DNA of 37,456 bases, taken from contig JAOUPQ010000003.1 of NCBI GenBank assembly GCA_029879765.1, forward strand, positions 1-37,456. The letters are read 5' to 3'. Shown here in pieces: positions 16,300-27,661 of the stretch; the first letter of the stretch is position 1, and each line of letters starts with the position of its first letter. The notes beneath the pieces were generated by a model that saw only the letters and a program-made list of their open reading frames with translations, was not told the DNA's origin and did not search any database. The translations under genes were made by a program, and so were the position numbers. The stretch is from Nitrospinota bacterium (GTDB lineage Bacteria; Nitrospinota_A; UBA7883).

Positions 16300-17776
16300 G
16301 TCCGGCTCTCCTGTGGATAAAATCGAGCATCACGCGCACCCCGGCGCCGGTCCCCCCTTTGCGGATATACCCTTTCTCCTTGTCGGAGAAAGCCGTGCCC
16401 GCGATGTCCACATGGGCCCACTTGCCGGTGACATGCTTTTTCAAAAACGCCGCCGCCGTGCTGGCGCCGCCGCCCCTGGGCCCTATGTTGGCCACATCCG
16501 CCACCTGGCTTTTTATGTCGTCCTCATATTCCTGGAACAAAGGAAGAGGCCACAGCTTGTCCCCGGTGCGCATGCCGGATTCGCGAAGCTGGCCGATCAA
16601 CTCGTCGTCGTTGCCGAACAGGCCGGAGCAATGGGCGCCTAGGGCCACCATGCAGGCGCCGGTGAGGGTGGCGAAATCCACGGTGCAGTCCGGCTTGTAC
16701 CGCCCGGCATAGGCCAGGGCGTCGGAGAGAATCAGCCGACCCTCGGCGTCGGTGTTGAGCACCTCCATGGTGACGCCGGATAGACCGGTGAGCACGTCGC
16801 CTGGCTTGGTGGCCGTGCCGGAGGGCATGTTTTCCGTGGCGGGGACCAGCCCCACCAGGTTCACTTTCAGTTTCATTATGGCCACCGCTGTCATGACGGC
16901 TATGGTGGCGGCGCCCCCGGACATGTCCGATTTCATCTCGTGCATATTCAGGGCTGGCTTGATGGAGATGCCGCCGGAATCGAAGGTCAGCCCCTTGCCC
17001 ACCATCACTATCGGCTTCTGGCTCTTCGGTCCCTTCATGTATTCCATGACGATGAATTTCGGCTCCTCCTGGCTTCCTCTGGACACACCGATCAGGCCCC
17101 CCATCTTCATCTTCTCTATGGCTTTTCGTCCATGGACAGCGCATTTGAAGCCATGCTTTTTGCCCAGAGCGGCCGCCTGGTTCCCCAGATACGTGGGGGT
17201 GGCATAGTTGGCCGGAGTGTTGATAAGGTCCCTGGCCAGCATCACCGCGTCGGCCGTCGCAGCGCCGTTTTTCATCCCCTTTTCCGCCGCCGCGCCATGC
17301 CCCAGGATGACAATCTCTTCCAGCATAACTGGGGTTTTCTCTTTTTTGAAAGTATCGAAGTTATATAGCGCCAGCCTGGTCCCCTCCACCGTGGCCTGGG
17401 CGATGGTTTTCGCATCATCTTCCGAGCCAGCCAGTGACGCCATCGCCGAGGCGCAGCTTTTTACTCCAGCGGATTTTACCGCCCTGGCGGCCACTGCCGA
17501 AGCGTACCGGTACGAATCGCTGGTGGCGCCATCACGCTTGCCCACGCCCACCACCACCACATACCTGGCAGCAATAGCGCCCATGGTCTCCAGCGGCATG
17601 ACCTGCCCTCGTTTCCCCTCGAACTTGCGCCTCTTGGCCATGGCGCCCAGTTTCCCTTCCAGCGCCTTGTCCAGTTCCTGAAAGTCCCCTTTATCCAACT
17701 CCCCCTCGAACACGCCGATCACCAGCCCTTCGGCTTTTGACTCAACGGCTCGGGAGTTATCTACCCTGTATTTCAT
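16292..17776 (-). CDS. pepA: Leucyl aminopeptidase (M17)
   Basis: VGKGLTFDSGGISIKP, MKSDMSG, NTDAEGRLIL, ATLTGA and HVDIAG. Confidence 0.96.
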   Translation of the reverse strand: MKYRVDNSRAVESKAEGLVIGVFEGELDKGDFQELDKALEGKLGAMAKRRKFEGKRGQVMPLETMGAIAARYVVVVGVGKRDGATSDSYRYASAVAARAVKSAGVKSCASAMASLAGSEDDAKTIAQATVEGTRLALYNFDTFKKEKTPVMLEEIVILGHGAAAEKGMKNGAATADAVMLARDLINTPANYATPTYLGNQAAALGKKHGFKCAVHGRKAIEKMKMGGLIGVSRGSQEEPKFIVMEYMKGPKSQKPIVMVGKGLTFDSGGISIKPALNMHEMKSDMSGGAATIAVMTAVAIMKLKVNLVGLVPATENMPSGTATKPGDVLTGLSGVTMEVLNTDAEGRLILSDALAYAGRYKPDCTVDFATLTGACMVALGAHCSGLFGNDDELIGQLRESGMRTGDKLWPLPLFQEYEDDIKSQVADVANIGPRGGGASTAAAFLKKHVTGKWAHVDIAGTAFSDKEKGYIRKGGTGAGVRVMLDFIHRRAGLE

Positions 17777-17849
17777 ATCAATTCCTTTTACACACTGATA
17801 CGCCCGGCGGCTCCGGACCCAGTTAGTTAATCAACCATGCCAGACTTAT

Positions 17850-17891
17850 AGTATATTTGTAGAAAGCGGGAGGAGCAAGAGGATAACCAAT
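17850..17891 (-). promoter_or_regulatory. Candidate promoter of the pepA-osmC-hyp operon
   Basis: Minus-strand TTGCTC (17878-17873)-N17-TATACT (17855-17850); the overlapping ATTGGTTATCCTCTTGCT (17891-17874) also fits sigma54 GG-N10-GC spacing. Confidence 0.45.
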
Positions 17892-17898
17892 GAGGATG

Positions 17899-19869
17899 CT
17901 ATCGAAAGCTCGAACCCGCCATTACTCTTGGGAACTGGGCGCGCAGTTCATCCAGCACCACTTCCGGGCAGCTTTCATACCTTTTGGAAAAATGGAAAGG
18001 CGCCAGGCGCTTCACCCCGGCGGCCAGGGCGATCTTTCCGCACGCCTGGGCGGTTAGATGTTTGGTGAGCTTTGCCTGGGACTGATCCTCCATGGTGAAC
18101 ACGGCTTCCAGGAACAGAAGGTCCGCTCCCTTCGCCAGCCGGATCAGCCGCTCCTGGTTCCGGGGAGTGTCCCCCAGGTCGGTGGCATAGGCCATCTTCC
18201 CCCCCGGGGCGCGCAGAACCAGGTCTTCGGCCAGCTCTCGCACACTTCTGGCCTGGGCGCCAGGGGGAGTGATCATGGCGTCCATTTCGCCGCGCAGTAT
18301 CCTGACCTTCAGCTCCCCCAGCCATTTGCCTGGCGAAAGGGACAACTCCAAAAGCTTGTCCTTGCGGATGTTCAAGGTTTCCGGCTGCTCGAAAGAATAT
18401 GCCATCACCGGGGTTTTATGGTCCAGCTCCGTGGCCCGGATGGTGAAAAGATCCTCCTCCAGGATAATCCCGTCGACAACCTGTCGCACCCCCAAAGGCT
18501 CCACAGTGTCCACTCCCGCCTGAACCCTGCTTGTAGTCATGGTTTCCCCCGCCAGTTCCGCCACCTCGAACACAGGCCCCCTCAGTCCTATCCTGTCCCA
18601 CAAGATCCCATCCACCATCCCCTTGATATGGGCGCACAGCCCCGGGGGGCCGTAGATCCGGCAGGCAGGCAGGATGCCTATGCGAGAGCGCAACAACCAA
18701 AGAAACCCGCCGATGTGGTCTATATGGGCATGGCTGATGAAGATATCGGTCAACTGGTGGGCTATCCTGCCGGGCAGCCGAGTGGCCTCTCCCAGGTCGA
18801 ACAGCAGGCTGCGGCGCTGGTCACGAAGGCGCAGGTGCAGCAAGGGGTCGCCGAACACTCCATTCAACAGCGCTACGCTGGCTTGTCCCACCCGGGTGGC
18901 GTAGGCCGGGCCGTGGCTTGTCGTTATTTCCGAGTCGGGATACATGTCCGGGGCCAGGCCGCGCCCCTCCCGGCGGGGGTCGCGCCGCGAGGTTTTTACA
19001 AGACCTCGTGAATCCCGACAGGCGTCCCGGACCAGCAGGCTGTGCCATTTGCTGTCCCCGGGGCGCATCATGGCCCGGATGACCCCATCTTTTGTGATCG
19101 AGATTATTTCCCCCATGGACACAGTGGCGCCACGGCTATCTATCAGCGCCGCCTGTCTGCCCGGCCATGCGTCTATGGCTTCCACGGGCGGAGGAGCCCC
19201 CACCAGAGGAACGGATCGGGTGTCTATATCCAGGGTCTGCGCTCCATCCATGTAGCGTTCCCATAACCTGGTTCTGGTGGTGTCTCGTTCCTTTGTGGAA
19301 AGGCTCCTTGCCTCGGCGGAGGGAGGAACCGTGAAGATTTCAACTCCTGTCGCGCCAAGCTCGGAAACCATGGCTGGAGCCGAATCTTTATCAGAAATAA
19401 CCACCACGGCTTCTGCTTTTGCTCCTCTTGCGATCCCCTCCAGAAGCTCCGCGCGCGCCATCCCCCGCATCACTCCCGGCATGTCGATGATCAGGAACGC
19501 GTCCCTTTCCACTTTCGCCGCCAGGGCCGTGGCAGCCAACACCAGGGGAAGACGGAACCTGGCCGCATTCAAGCTGCACAAGGCTGCGGAATGGACAAGC
19601 TCCCATGCGCCACCGCTCCATCGGCCCAGATTGGCAGCGCCGGGAGGACCGAAGGATGGGGAACCGGGATCGGCGGCCAGGATAAAGGTCTTGCCCTGGT
19701 TGGAGATAATGGAGGCCATGGCCGCGGCGAGGGTCGATTTTCCCGCGCCGGGCGGGCCGAAGACCATCACCCTGCGATGAAGTTTGAATGCAAGCCGCGG
19801 GATCCGCTCCAAATCAGGCCAAGTGTCGGCGCTATCCTCTCCGGTCCTGGGTGATGGCGTCGACGCCAT
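17899..19869 (-). CDS. Fusion of a Clp1/Nol9-like polynucleotide 5'-kinase and an RNase Z-like MBL-fold hydrolase (656 aa)
   Basis: N-half: GPPGAGKST Walker A, ADPGSPSFGPPG, IIDMPG and an Arg-rich lid RSLSTKERDTTRTRLW. C-half: NGVFGDP..LLFDLG, SHAHIDH, LDH, YATD, LEA, KHLT and FHFSKRY. ATG 19869 lies 1 nt after the mgtE stop. Confidence 0.82.
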   Translation of the reverse strand: MASTPSPRTGEDSADTWPDLERIPRLAFKLHRRVMVFGPPGAGKSTLAAAMASIISNQGKTFILAADPGSPSFGPPGAANLGRWSGGAWELVHSAALCSLNAARFRLPLVLAATALAAKVERDAFLIIDMPGVMRGMARAELLEGIARGAKAEAVVVISDKDSAPAMVSELGATGVEIFTVPPSAEARSLSTKERDTTRTRLWERYMDGAQTLDIDTRSVPLVGAPPPVEAIDAWPGRQAALIDSRGATVSMGEIISITKDGVIRAMMRPGDSKWHSLLVRDACRDSRGLVKTSRRDPRREGRGLAPDMYPDSEITTSHGPAYATRVGQASVALLNGVFGDPLLHLRLRDQRRSLLFDLGEATRLPGRIAHQLTDIFISHAHIDHIGGFLWLLRSRIGILPACRIYGPPGLCAHIKGMVDGILWDRIGLRGPVFEVAELAGETMTTSRVQAGVDTVEPLGVRQVVDGIILEEDLFTIRATELDHKTPVMAYSFEQPETLNIRKDKLLELSLSPGKWLGELKVRILRGEMDAMITPPGAQARSVRELAEDLVLRAPGGKMAYATDLGDTPRNQERLIRLAKGADLLFLEAVFTMEDQSQAKLTKHLTAQACGKIALAAGVKRLAPFHFSKRYESCPEVVLDELRAQFPRVMAGSSFR

Positions 19870-19870
19870 G

Positions 19871-21229
19871 TCAGTGGAGCAGGTGGATAAGCGCCGTGGC
19901 AAAAGTGAGGAATATGAACACGGCGGTGATATCGTTGAGCGCCAGGACGATCGGCCCCCCAGCGATGGCCGGGTCTACATCCAGCCATTTGAAAATGAGA
20001 GGTATTCCGGCGCCCATCAGCGCGGCCAGGTTTATTGCCAGAAAAACAGCCCCGCCCATGATCAATCCCATTTCCGCGGAAGACTGCCATGCCCAGGCCG
20101 CCACGCCGGAGATCAATCCGCAAACAATCCCGAGGATGAAGCCGACTTTGACTTCTTTGAAGATAAAAGCCCCCAGGGCGCCTGGATCTATCCTGCCCGT
20201 GGCGATGCCGCGAACCACCAGTGTGGAGCTTTGGCTTCCCACGTTGCCGCTCATTCCCATGACGATGGGGATGAAAGCGGCCAGCGCAATCGCCGCCTCC
20301 AGGGTTCCTTTGAACAGCAGGATCAGCGCGCCAGTGACGAATCCTCCCGCCAGACTGGCGGTGAGCCAAGGCAGCCGGTATCGGGCCATCTCCACCACGC
20401 TGGTGGCGGGGGAGAGAACCTCATCGCCAGCGCCCACCAGGGCCATGATATCCTCGTCCGCCTCTTCCACGAAAACATCCACGATATCGTCAATGAGGAT
20501 CCTGCCCAGCAGGACCATGTTTCTGTCCACCACCGCCAGGGAAATCAGATCGTATTTCTTGAAGAGGCTGGCCACGTTTTCCTGGTCGTCGTCGGCGTAG
20601 ACGTAAATGGGGGGATGCCCCTCGTCCACCATGTCGCCCACTTTTTTCATGCCGGGATTGAGCAAAAGCTCGATGATCGGGGCAACTCCCTTGAGCCGAC
20701 CCAGGTTGTCCACCACGAAAATGTTGTATACCTCCCGGTTTATGTCTGGGCGGGAGCGCAACAGGTCCAGGGTCTGGTCCAGGGTCATCTCCTCCCTGGC
20801 GGCGATAAGCTCGGTCTGCATGATTCCGCCGGCGGTTTCCGGCTCGAACTGCAGAAGCCGGGAGACTTGCGCGTCCACCTCCGCCGAAGTGGAGCCGAGC
20901 ACTTCCTCGGCCACCTCTTCTTCCATCTCCCCCAGCAGATCCGCGGCGTCATCGGTGTTCATCTCGCCGATCAGTTCGGCCAGTTCCTCGGGAGTGGAGT
21001 TGTCCAGGATAAGTTCGCGGGAGCTTTCGTCCAGCAGGGGGAGGATCTGGGAGCCCATTTCCACCCCCACGGCGGAGAACGCCTCCAGCATTCTGGATTC
21101 GTCCTCTATATGCTCTATGGCGGCGGCGATATCCGCCGGGTGATACATATCCTCCAGCGATTTGTCGGGCTGGCCTTGACCCAGGATCTCCTCCTGGATA
21201 GCCAGGTATTTTTCTTCTTCAGGTGTCAT
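19871..21229 (-). CDS. mgtE: Magnesium transporter MgtE
   Basis: HPADIA, TAGGIM CBS pair, RLPWL, GNVGSQ and DPAIAGGP..ND; start set at ATG 21229. Confidence 0.95.
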   Translation of the reverse strand: MTPEEEKYLAIQEEILGQGQPDKSLEDMYHPADIAAAIEHIEDESRMLEAFSAVGVEMGSQILPLLDESSRELILDNSTPEELAELIGEMNTDDAADLLGEMEEEVAEEVLGSTSAEVDAQVSRLLQFEPETAGGIMQTELIAAREEMTLDQTLDLLRSRPDINREVYNIFVVDNLGRLKGVAPIIELLLNPGMKKVGDMVDEGHPPIYVYADDDQENVASLFKKYDLISLAVVDRNMVLLGRILIDDIVDVFVEEADEDIMALVGAGDEVLSPATSVVEMARYRLPWLTASLAGGFVTGALILLFKGTLEAAIALAAFIPIVMGMSGNVGSQSSTLVVRGIATGRIDPGALGAFIFKEVKVGFILGIVCGLISGVAAWAWQSSAEMGLIMGGAVFLAINLAALMGAGIPLIFKWLDVDPAIAGGPIVLALNDITAVFIFLTFATALIHLLH

Positions 21230-21283
21230 AATGTCACCACAATAGCCCACCAGAGGGGACGAATTATAAATGCAGATCCGATA

Positions 21284-22141
21284 TCACATCGGCCCGGAAG
21301 TCTCCTCTTCCGGATTGGGCGTCGGATCGTCAGCACCCTTGCGCCAAGACAGGAACCACTCCACAGGGCCGTGGAGCATATACGCCGCCGCCATGGCGAA
21401 AAGCATATGGTGCGGGAATAGCGCCACGATGAACAGGAAGAGCACTATCCATAGGAACAGATGGAAAGGGCGCCTCTTTTTGGTATCGATATATTTGAAG
21501 TTGCGATACGGGACGTTGCTCACCATCAGCAGCGCCAGGGTGTATACAGTGACCAGCATCACCATACCGGGGGCCTTTTCCATCTCCAGCGCGCCATTGG
21601 TCAGCAACACCGTGGCGGCCAGCAGCCACGCCGCGGCGGGGATAGGCATCCCCACGAAATGGTCTTTTCGAATGTCGGACTGCTGGATGTTGAACCGCGC
21701 CAGCCGCAAGGCCCCGCACAGGGCAAAGAGAAACGCAGCCATCCAGCCGAGCCTGCCGTAGGGCTGCAGAACCCAGTTGTACATCAGGATAGCCGGCGCC
21801 AGGCCGAAGGACATGAGGTCGGACAGCGAGTCGAACTCCACGCCGAAGTTCGATGTGGCCCCCATGGCCCTGGCTATCCGCCCATCGAGCCCGTCCAGGA
21901 TCATCGCCAGGATGATTGCCCACGCGGCCTTGTAATAGTCGCCATTGATGGAAGCCACCACCGTGTAGAATCCACAGAAGAACGCCGCAGAAGTGACCAG
22001 GCTTGGGACAATGAATACACCTTTGCGGAAGCGGTGCAGCCTGCCGCCGGGCTGCGCCTGTTCTTCCGGCGGCATCCCGTCCAGATCCATCTCCCCGTTC
22101 ATGTTTTCCTTCTGCTCGTCTTTCCGGTTTTCCATGGTCAT
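21284..22141 (-). CDS. pssA: CDP-diacylglycerol--serine O-phosphatidyltransferase
   Basis: DGLDGRIAR...FGVEFDSLSDLMSFG CDP-alcohol motif, ALRLARFN and FVGMPIP; ATG overlaps the psd stop (ATGA). Confidence 0.95.
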   Translation of the reverse strand: MTMENRKDEQKENMNGEMDLDGMPPEEQAQPGGRLHRFRKGVFIVPSLVTSAAFFCGFYTVVASINGDYYKAAWAIILAMILDGLDGRIARAMGATSNFGVEFDSLSDLMSFGLAPAILMYNWVLQPYGRLGWMAAFLFALCGALRLARFNIQQSDIRKDHFVGMPIPAAAWLLAATVLLTNGALEMEKAPGMVMLVTVYTLALLMVSNVPYRNFKYIDTKKRRPFHLFLWIVLFLFIVALFPHHMLFAMAAAYMLHGPVEWFLSWRKGADDPTPNPEEETSGPM

Positions 22142-22776
22142 GGCTTTTTTACAGGTATCCTGGCCATCACGGAGCTTCCTCCGGATACTTTGTCCCCCAT
22201 CTTGGAAATAAGCTCCACATTCCTGGGGAGGATAAGGTCCACCCTGGAGCCGAACCTGATGAGCCCGATATGCTCCCCTTTTGCCAGGGTCTGGCCCACG
22301 CTCACCCTGGTGACCACTCTTCTGGCCACCAGCCCGGCGATCTGTTTCACCCCCACCTTTCCAATGGCGGTGTCGAAGATCGTCAGGTTGTTTTCGTTGT
22401 CCTCGCTGGCCCTGTGGTCCCACGCCGCCAAAAAGCTGCCCTTGTGGTATTTCTTGTTGGCCACGGTCCCTGCGATGGGGGAGCGTTGCACATGGACATT
22501 GAAAATGGAGAGAAATATGGAGACGCACACCGCCCCATCGGGGAAGTCATCGTTCTGATATGAGGGATCTATCCGAATGACCTTCCCGTCGGCGGGGGCC
22601 ACGATCAGATCCTCATCCTCCGGGATGACCCGGCTGGGATCCCGGAAAAAGAAAAGGACAAACGCCACCAGCCCCACCAGCGCCCAGGCGGGCTTGGCCC
22701 ATCCAAAGAGGAAGAGGGCCAGCGCCGCGATGGTCAGCGGGATGACGAATAAAAGGCATTCTCGATCAAACGGCAT
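22138..22776 (-). CDS. psd: Phosphatidylserine decarboxylase proenzyme
   Basis: FFRDP, APADG, FNVHVQRSP, QIAG..ARR and FGS self-cleavage site; adjacent to pssA. Confidence 0.95.
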   Translation of the reverse strand: MPFDRECLLFVIPLTIAALALFLFGWAKPAWALVGLVAFVLFFFRDPSRVIPEDEDLIVAPADGKVIRIDPSYQNDDFPDGAVCVSIFLSIFNVHVQRSPIAGTVANKKYHKGSFLAAWDHRASEDNENNLTIFDTAIGKVGVKQIAGLVARRVVTRVSVGQTLAKGEHIGLIRFGSRVDLILPRNVELISKMGDKVSGGSSVMARIPVKKP

Positions 22777-22780
22777 CGTC

Positions 22781-23812
<1,032 letters not shown>

Positions 23813-23846
23813 TTAATAAGGAACAGGGCCGGACGCGGTGTATGGC

Positions 23847-24335
23847 CTATCCCAGGGTCTTTTTCCCTCGGGACATGGCGATCTTGCCGCTGCGGGCGAT
23901 CTCGATTATCCCAAGAGGTTTTATCATTTCCACAAAAGCGCTCACTTTTTCCTCGGCGCCCGTGACTTCTATAGTGTACGTCTTGGGCGAAACATCCACC
24001 ACCTTGCCGCGGAAAATTTCCGTCATCCGCAAAATCTCGGCGCGGTTGTTAGGCTCGGAGTTCACCTTCACCAGGACGATTCCCCTTTCGATGAAATCCT
24101 CCTCGGAAAAGTCGATCACCTTAATGACATCGATAAGCTTGTTGAGCTGTTTTGTGATCTGCTCGATGATGGCGTCGTCTCCCCGGGTGATGATGGTCAT
24201 CCGGGAGGTGGTCTGGTCCAGAGTGGGGGCCACGGAGAGCGACTCTATGTTAAACCCCCGGCCGGAGAAAAGGCCCGATACCCGGGACAGCACGCCGAAC
24301 TTGTTCTCCACCAGCACTGAAATGGTGTGTCTCAT
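23847..24335 (-). CDS. ilvN: Acetolactate synthase small (regulatory) subunit
   Basis: ISVLVENKFGVLSRVSGLFSGRGFNIESL ACT domain and KQLNKLIDV. Confidence 0.97.
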   Translation of the reverse strand: MRHTISVLVENKFGVLSRVSGLFSGRGFNIESLSVAPTLDQTTSRMTIITRGDDAIIEQITKQLNKLIDVIKVIDFSEEDFIERGIVLVKVNSEPNNRAEILRMTEIFRGKVVDVSPKTYTIEVTGAEEKVSAFVEMIKPLGIIEIARSGKIAMSRGKKTLG

Positions 24336-24344
24336 ACTCCCCCC

Positions 24345-26033
24345 TTACGCCAGTAGCATCTTGTTGATCGGGGATCCGGCCGGCACCATGGGGTACACGT
24401 TTTCCTCCCGATCCACCACAAAGTCAATAATCGTCGGCCTGCGGGCGGCGATGGCCCGCTCCAGGGCCGGGCCCACCTCTTCTGGCAAGGTGGCGCGGAT
24501 GCCCAAAGCGCCATACGCCTCGGCCAGCTTCACGAAATCCGGCTGGCTCTCCATGCAGGTATACGAATACCGGTTGCCGTGGAACAGCTGTTGCCACTGG
24601 CGCACCATTCCCAAAAATCCGTTGTTCAATATGGCGATAATCACCGGCAGGCGCTGCTGCACCGCGGTGCCCAATTCCTGGATATTCATCTGGATGGAAC
24701 CATCCCCGGCGATGTCGAAAACCACCTTGTCCGGAAACGCCGCCTGGGCGCCGATGGCCGCGGGAAAACCATAGCCCATGGTTCCCAGCCCGCCACTGGT
24801 CAGGAATGTGCGGGGGTTTTTCAGGGTCAGATACTGGGCCGCCCACATCTGGTTTTGCCCCACCTCGGTGGCGAAGATGGCGTCCCCGCCGGTCACCCGG
24901 TCGATCTCCTCGATGACGAACTGGGGCTTGATCACCTTCGTCTTTTTCACATACTCAAGCTTGTTGGCGTGTTTCCATTCGTCTATCTGGTCCAGCCACG
25001 GCTTGTGCTTGGTTTTCCAGTCCACTTTGCTCTCGGCGATAACCGCGTTGAGCTTCTTCATGGCGTCCTTCAGATCCCCCACCACAGGGATGTGGGCTGT
25101 GACGTTTTTCGATATGGCCGTGGGATCCACATCCACATGGGCCACTTTGGCGTTGGGGGCGAATTCGTCCAGCTTGCCGGTGACACGGTCGTCAAACCTG
25201 GCGCCCAGGGCCACGATAAGGTCTGTATGGGTCACCGCCATGTTGGCGCGGTAGGTGCCGTGCATCCCCAGCATCCCCAGGCACAGATCGTCCAGCGAGG
25301 GGAAGCTGCCCAGCCCCATGAGGGTCATGGTGACGGGGGCATGGATGGCCCGGGCAAGTTTTTTCAGTTCGGCGGCGGCGTTGGTCAGGATCATTCCGCC
25401 CCCCACATAAAGCACAGGGCGCTTTGCCTCTTCCAGCGCGGCGGCCAATCTGTCGATCTGGCGTTTATTGGCCACGGTGGTGGGGCGATAGCTGCGCATC
25501 TCCACTTTTTCCGGGTACTCGAACCTGGTCTTGGCCAAAAGCACATCCTTGGGCAGATCCACTAACACAGGGCCAGGCCTGCCGGTGGTGGCTATGTAGA
25601 AAGCCTCAGCGATGGTGTTGGCCAGATCCTTCACATCCCGCACCAGATAGCTGTGTTTGACGCAGGGGCGGGTGATGCCGACGATGTCCGCCTCCTGGAA
25701 GGCGTCGTTGCCGATAAGCCCGGTAGGGACCTGCCCCGTGAACACCACAATGGGGATGGAGTCCATATATGCGGTGGCGATGCCGGTGACGGTGTTGGTG
25801 GCGCCTGGGCCGGAGGTGACCAGGGCAACGCCCGGCTTTCCGCTGGCTCGGGCGAATCCGTCGGCCATATGCACCGCGCCCTGCTCGTGGCGCACCAGGA
25901 TATGGCGCAGCTTGGGTGTCTTGAACAGTTCGTCATAAATCGGCAGCACCACACCTCCGGGATAACCGAAGATCAGGTCCGCGCCCTGCTTTAGCAGAGA
26001 TTTAACAAAAATCTCAGCGCCTGTATGTTCCAT
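24345..26033 (-). CDS. ilvB: Acetolactate synthase large subunit
   Basis: [45 protein letters not shown] and GMVRQWQ. Confidence 0.97.
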   Translation of the reverse strand: MEHTGAEIFVKSLLKQGADLIFGYPGGVVLPIYDELFKTPKLRHILVRHEQGAVHMADGFARASGKPGVALVTSGPGATNTVTGIATAYMDSIPIVVFTGQVPTGLIGNDAFQEADIVGITRPCVKHSYLVRDVKDLANTIAEAFYIATTGRPGPVLVDLPKDVLLAKTRFEYPEKVEMRSYRPTTVANKRQIDRLAAALEEAKRPVLYVGGGMILTNAAAELKKLARAIHAPVTMTLMGLGSFPSLDDLCLGMLGMHGTYRANMAVTHTDLIVALGARFDDRVTGKLDEFAPNAKVAHVDVDPTAISKNVTAHIPVVGDLKDAMKKLNAVIAESKVDWKTKHKPWLDQIDEWKHANKLEYVKKTKVIKPQFVIEEIDRVTGGDAIFATEVGQNQMWAAQYLTLKNPRTFLTSGGLGTMGYGFPAAIGAQAAFPDKVVFDIAGDGSIQMNIQELGTAVQQRLPVIIAILNNGFLGMVRQWQQLFHGNRYSYTCMESQPDFVKLAEAYGALGIRATLPEEVGPALERAIAARRPTIIDFVVDREENVYPMVPAGSPINKMLLA

Positions 26034-26125
26034 TTGTCGATATCGCCTGTTATTATGGCTAAACTATTGATGATATAGTATGTGGTTTAACATAGTCAAT
26101 TACTCAAAAGCCGTTTGGGGCTCTG

Positions 26126-27301
26126 ATGGCCGAAAAACAGGAAAACATGTCCGGTGTCCTGCCGTCACAGGCGCTGATTGAATTAATCGGGGGGGGAGCG
26201 ATCACTGCCCCCGGCTCTTCCGGGGCGCAGATGGCCTCGCAGGTCCAGCCCGCCTCTGTGGATCTGCGTCTTGGCCCCACCGCATACCGTCTCCAGTCAA
26301 GCTTTCTGCCACAGTCGGACACGGTGGAGAGCAAAATGAGCGATCTGGTGATGTACGAGCTGGGTCTGGAGAAAGGCGCCATCCTGGAGCGGGGGGCCGT
26401 ATACCTCATCCCGCTGATGGAGGAGATGAGCCTGGGCGTCGGCGTCCGGGGAAAGACCAATCCCAAAAGCTCCACTGGCCGGTTGGATGTCTTCACCAGA
26501 GTAATCACCGACAATTGCTCCCGATTCGAGGAGATAGCCGCCGGGTATCATGGGAGGCTGTATCTGGAGGTGGTGCCACGCTCCTTCACCATAAAGGTAA
26601 AAGCGGGGCAAAAACTCAACCAGTTGCGACTATTCACCAATGGGGCGTCTGGGGGAGCCGACAGTGCGTTGACCGTAAAACCGGGGGTGGTGGAAGGGGA
26701 GTTGTCCTCCCTTTACCGGACAGAGGAACTGCTGATGGATCCGGAGGGCGTCTTTATCGCCCAGCCTGGTGTGCGCCTGGCGGACGATGGACTGCTTATG
26801 GGGGTGGATTTGACCTCGCAGAGCGGTGGGCCCATAGGATATAAAGCGAAGAAAAACAGTCATGTGATCGACCTGGAGAAGGTGGCCCACTATTGCGCCG
26901 ATGAATTCTGGGAGCCGATATACCCCCCCCGCAATGGCCGCCTTATCCTAGAACCGGAGGAGTTCTATATCTTCGCGTCGAAGGAGCGGATCCGGGTGCC
27001 GATGTCGTGCGCGGCGGAGATGGTGGAGTTTGACGCCGGTTCCGGCGAGTTGCGCACCCATTACGCCGGTTTTTTCGATCCCGGATTCGGCTATGGGCGC
27101 AATGGAGAGGTGGAAGGGACCAAGGCGGTGCTGGAAGTCCGGCCTCACGATGTGCCTTTTATTATAGAAGATGGGCAGATTCTGTTTAAAATGAAATATG
27201 AAAGGATGAGCCAGGCGCCGGAAATATGGTATGGAGCGGAAATCGGCTCCAACTATCACGATCAGGTGTTAAGATTGGCAAAACAATTCAAGCAAATGTA
27301 G
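26126..27301 (+). CDS. dcd: dCTP deaminase, long (~390 aa) form
   Basis: QPASVDLRLG, NPKSSTGRLDVFTR, GYHGRLYLE, HYAGFFDPGFG, VLEVR.HDVPF and SNY..Q.LRLAK. Confidence 0.88.
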   Translation: MAEKQENMSGVLPSQALIELIGGGAITAPGSSGAQMASQVQPASVDLRLGPTAYRLQSSFLPQSDTVESKMSDLVMYELGLEKGAILERGAVYLIPLMEEMSLGVGVRGKTNPKSSTGRLDVFTRVITDNCSRFEEIAAGYHGRLYLEVVPRSFTIKVKAGQKLNQLRLFTNGASGGADSALTVKPGVVEGELSSLYRTEELLMDPEGVFIAQPGVRLADDGLLMGVDLTSQSGGPIGYKAKKNSHVIDLEKVAHYCADEFWEPIYPPRNGRLILEPEEFYIFASKERIRVPMSCAAEMVEFDAGSGELRTHYAGFFDPGFGYGRNGEVEGTKAVLEVRPHDVPFIIEDGQILFKMKYERMSQAPEIWYGAEIGSNYHDQVLRLAKQFKQM

Positions 27302-27661
27302 GAGTATGGATATATTCACGGCAAAAAGTCGATAATTCGTCGATTATGAAAAACTGTGATAAAATAACTCATTATGATTGGCGCTGATATTAGCTTGGCC
27401 GTTCCGACTCAAACAGGTGTATAGCCATATGAGCTTGCATGATGTGACCTTTGGTTCTTTGCCTGTGGGCTGTATATTTTTCCGCTTCCTGGCGAATTCA
27501 ATTCCAATCTTCTGTTCATATTTACTCCCATCCCCCGCCACTGATTTGAAATGTAGGATCCCATCCACGGTTCATATCGGGGGGGAGGAGGCTTCATATA
27601 ATCTCGCAACATTAATCCCGGCGCATAATGTCGCCATGTCGACAAGAGGAGAAATACGACA

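Noticed and set aside
27302-27661. Sigma28 or sigma54 promoter, or small ORFs, upstream of the MCP gene
   Set aside because: GTCGATAA (27328-27335) lacks a correctly spaced TAAA, TGGCGC..TAGC is off by one base for sigma54, and the short ORFs show no RBS or motif support.
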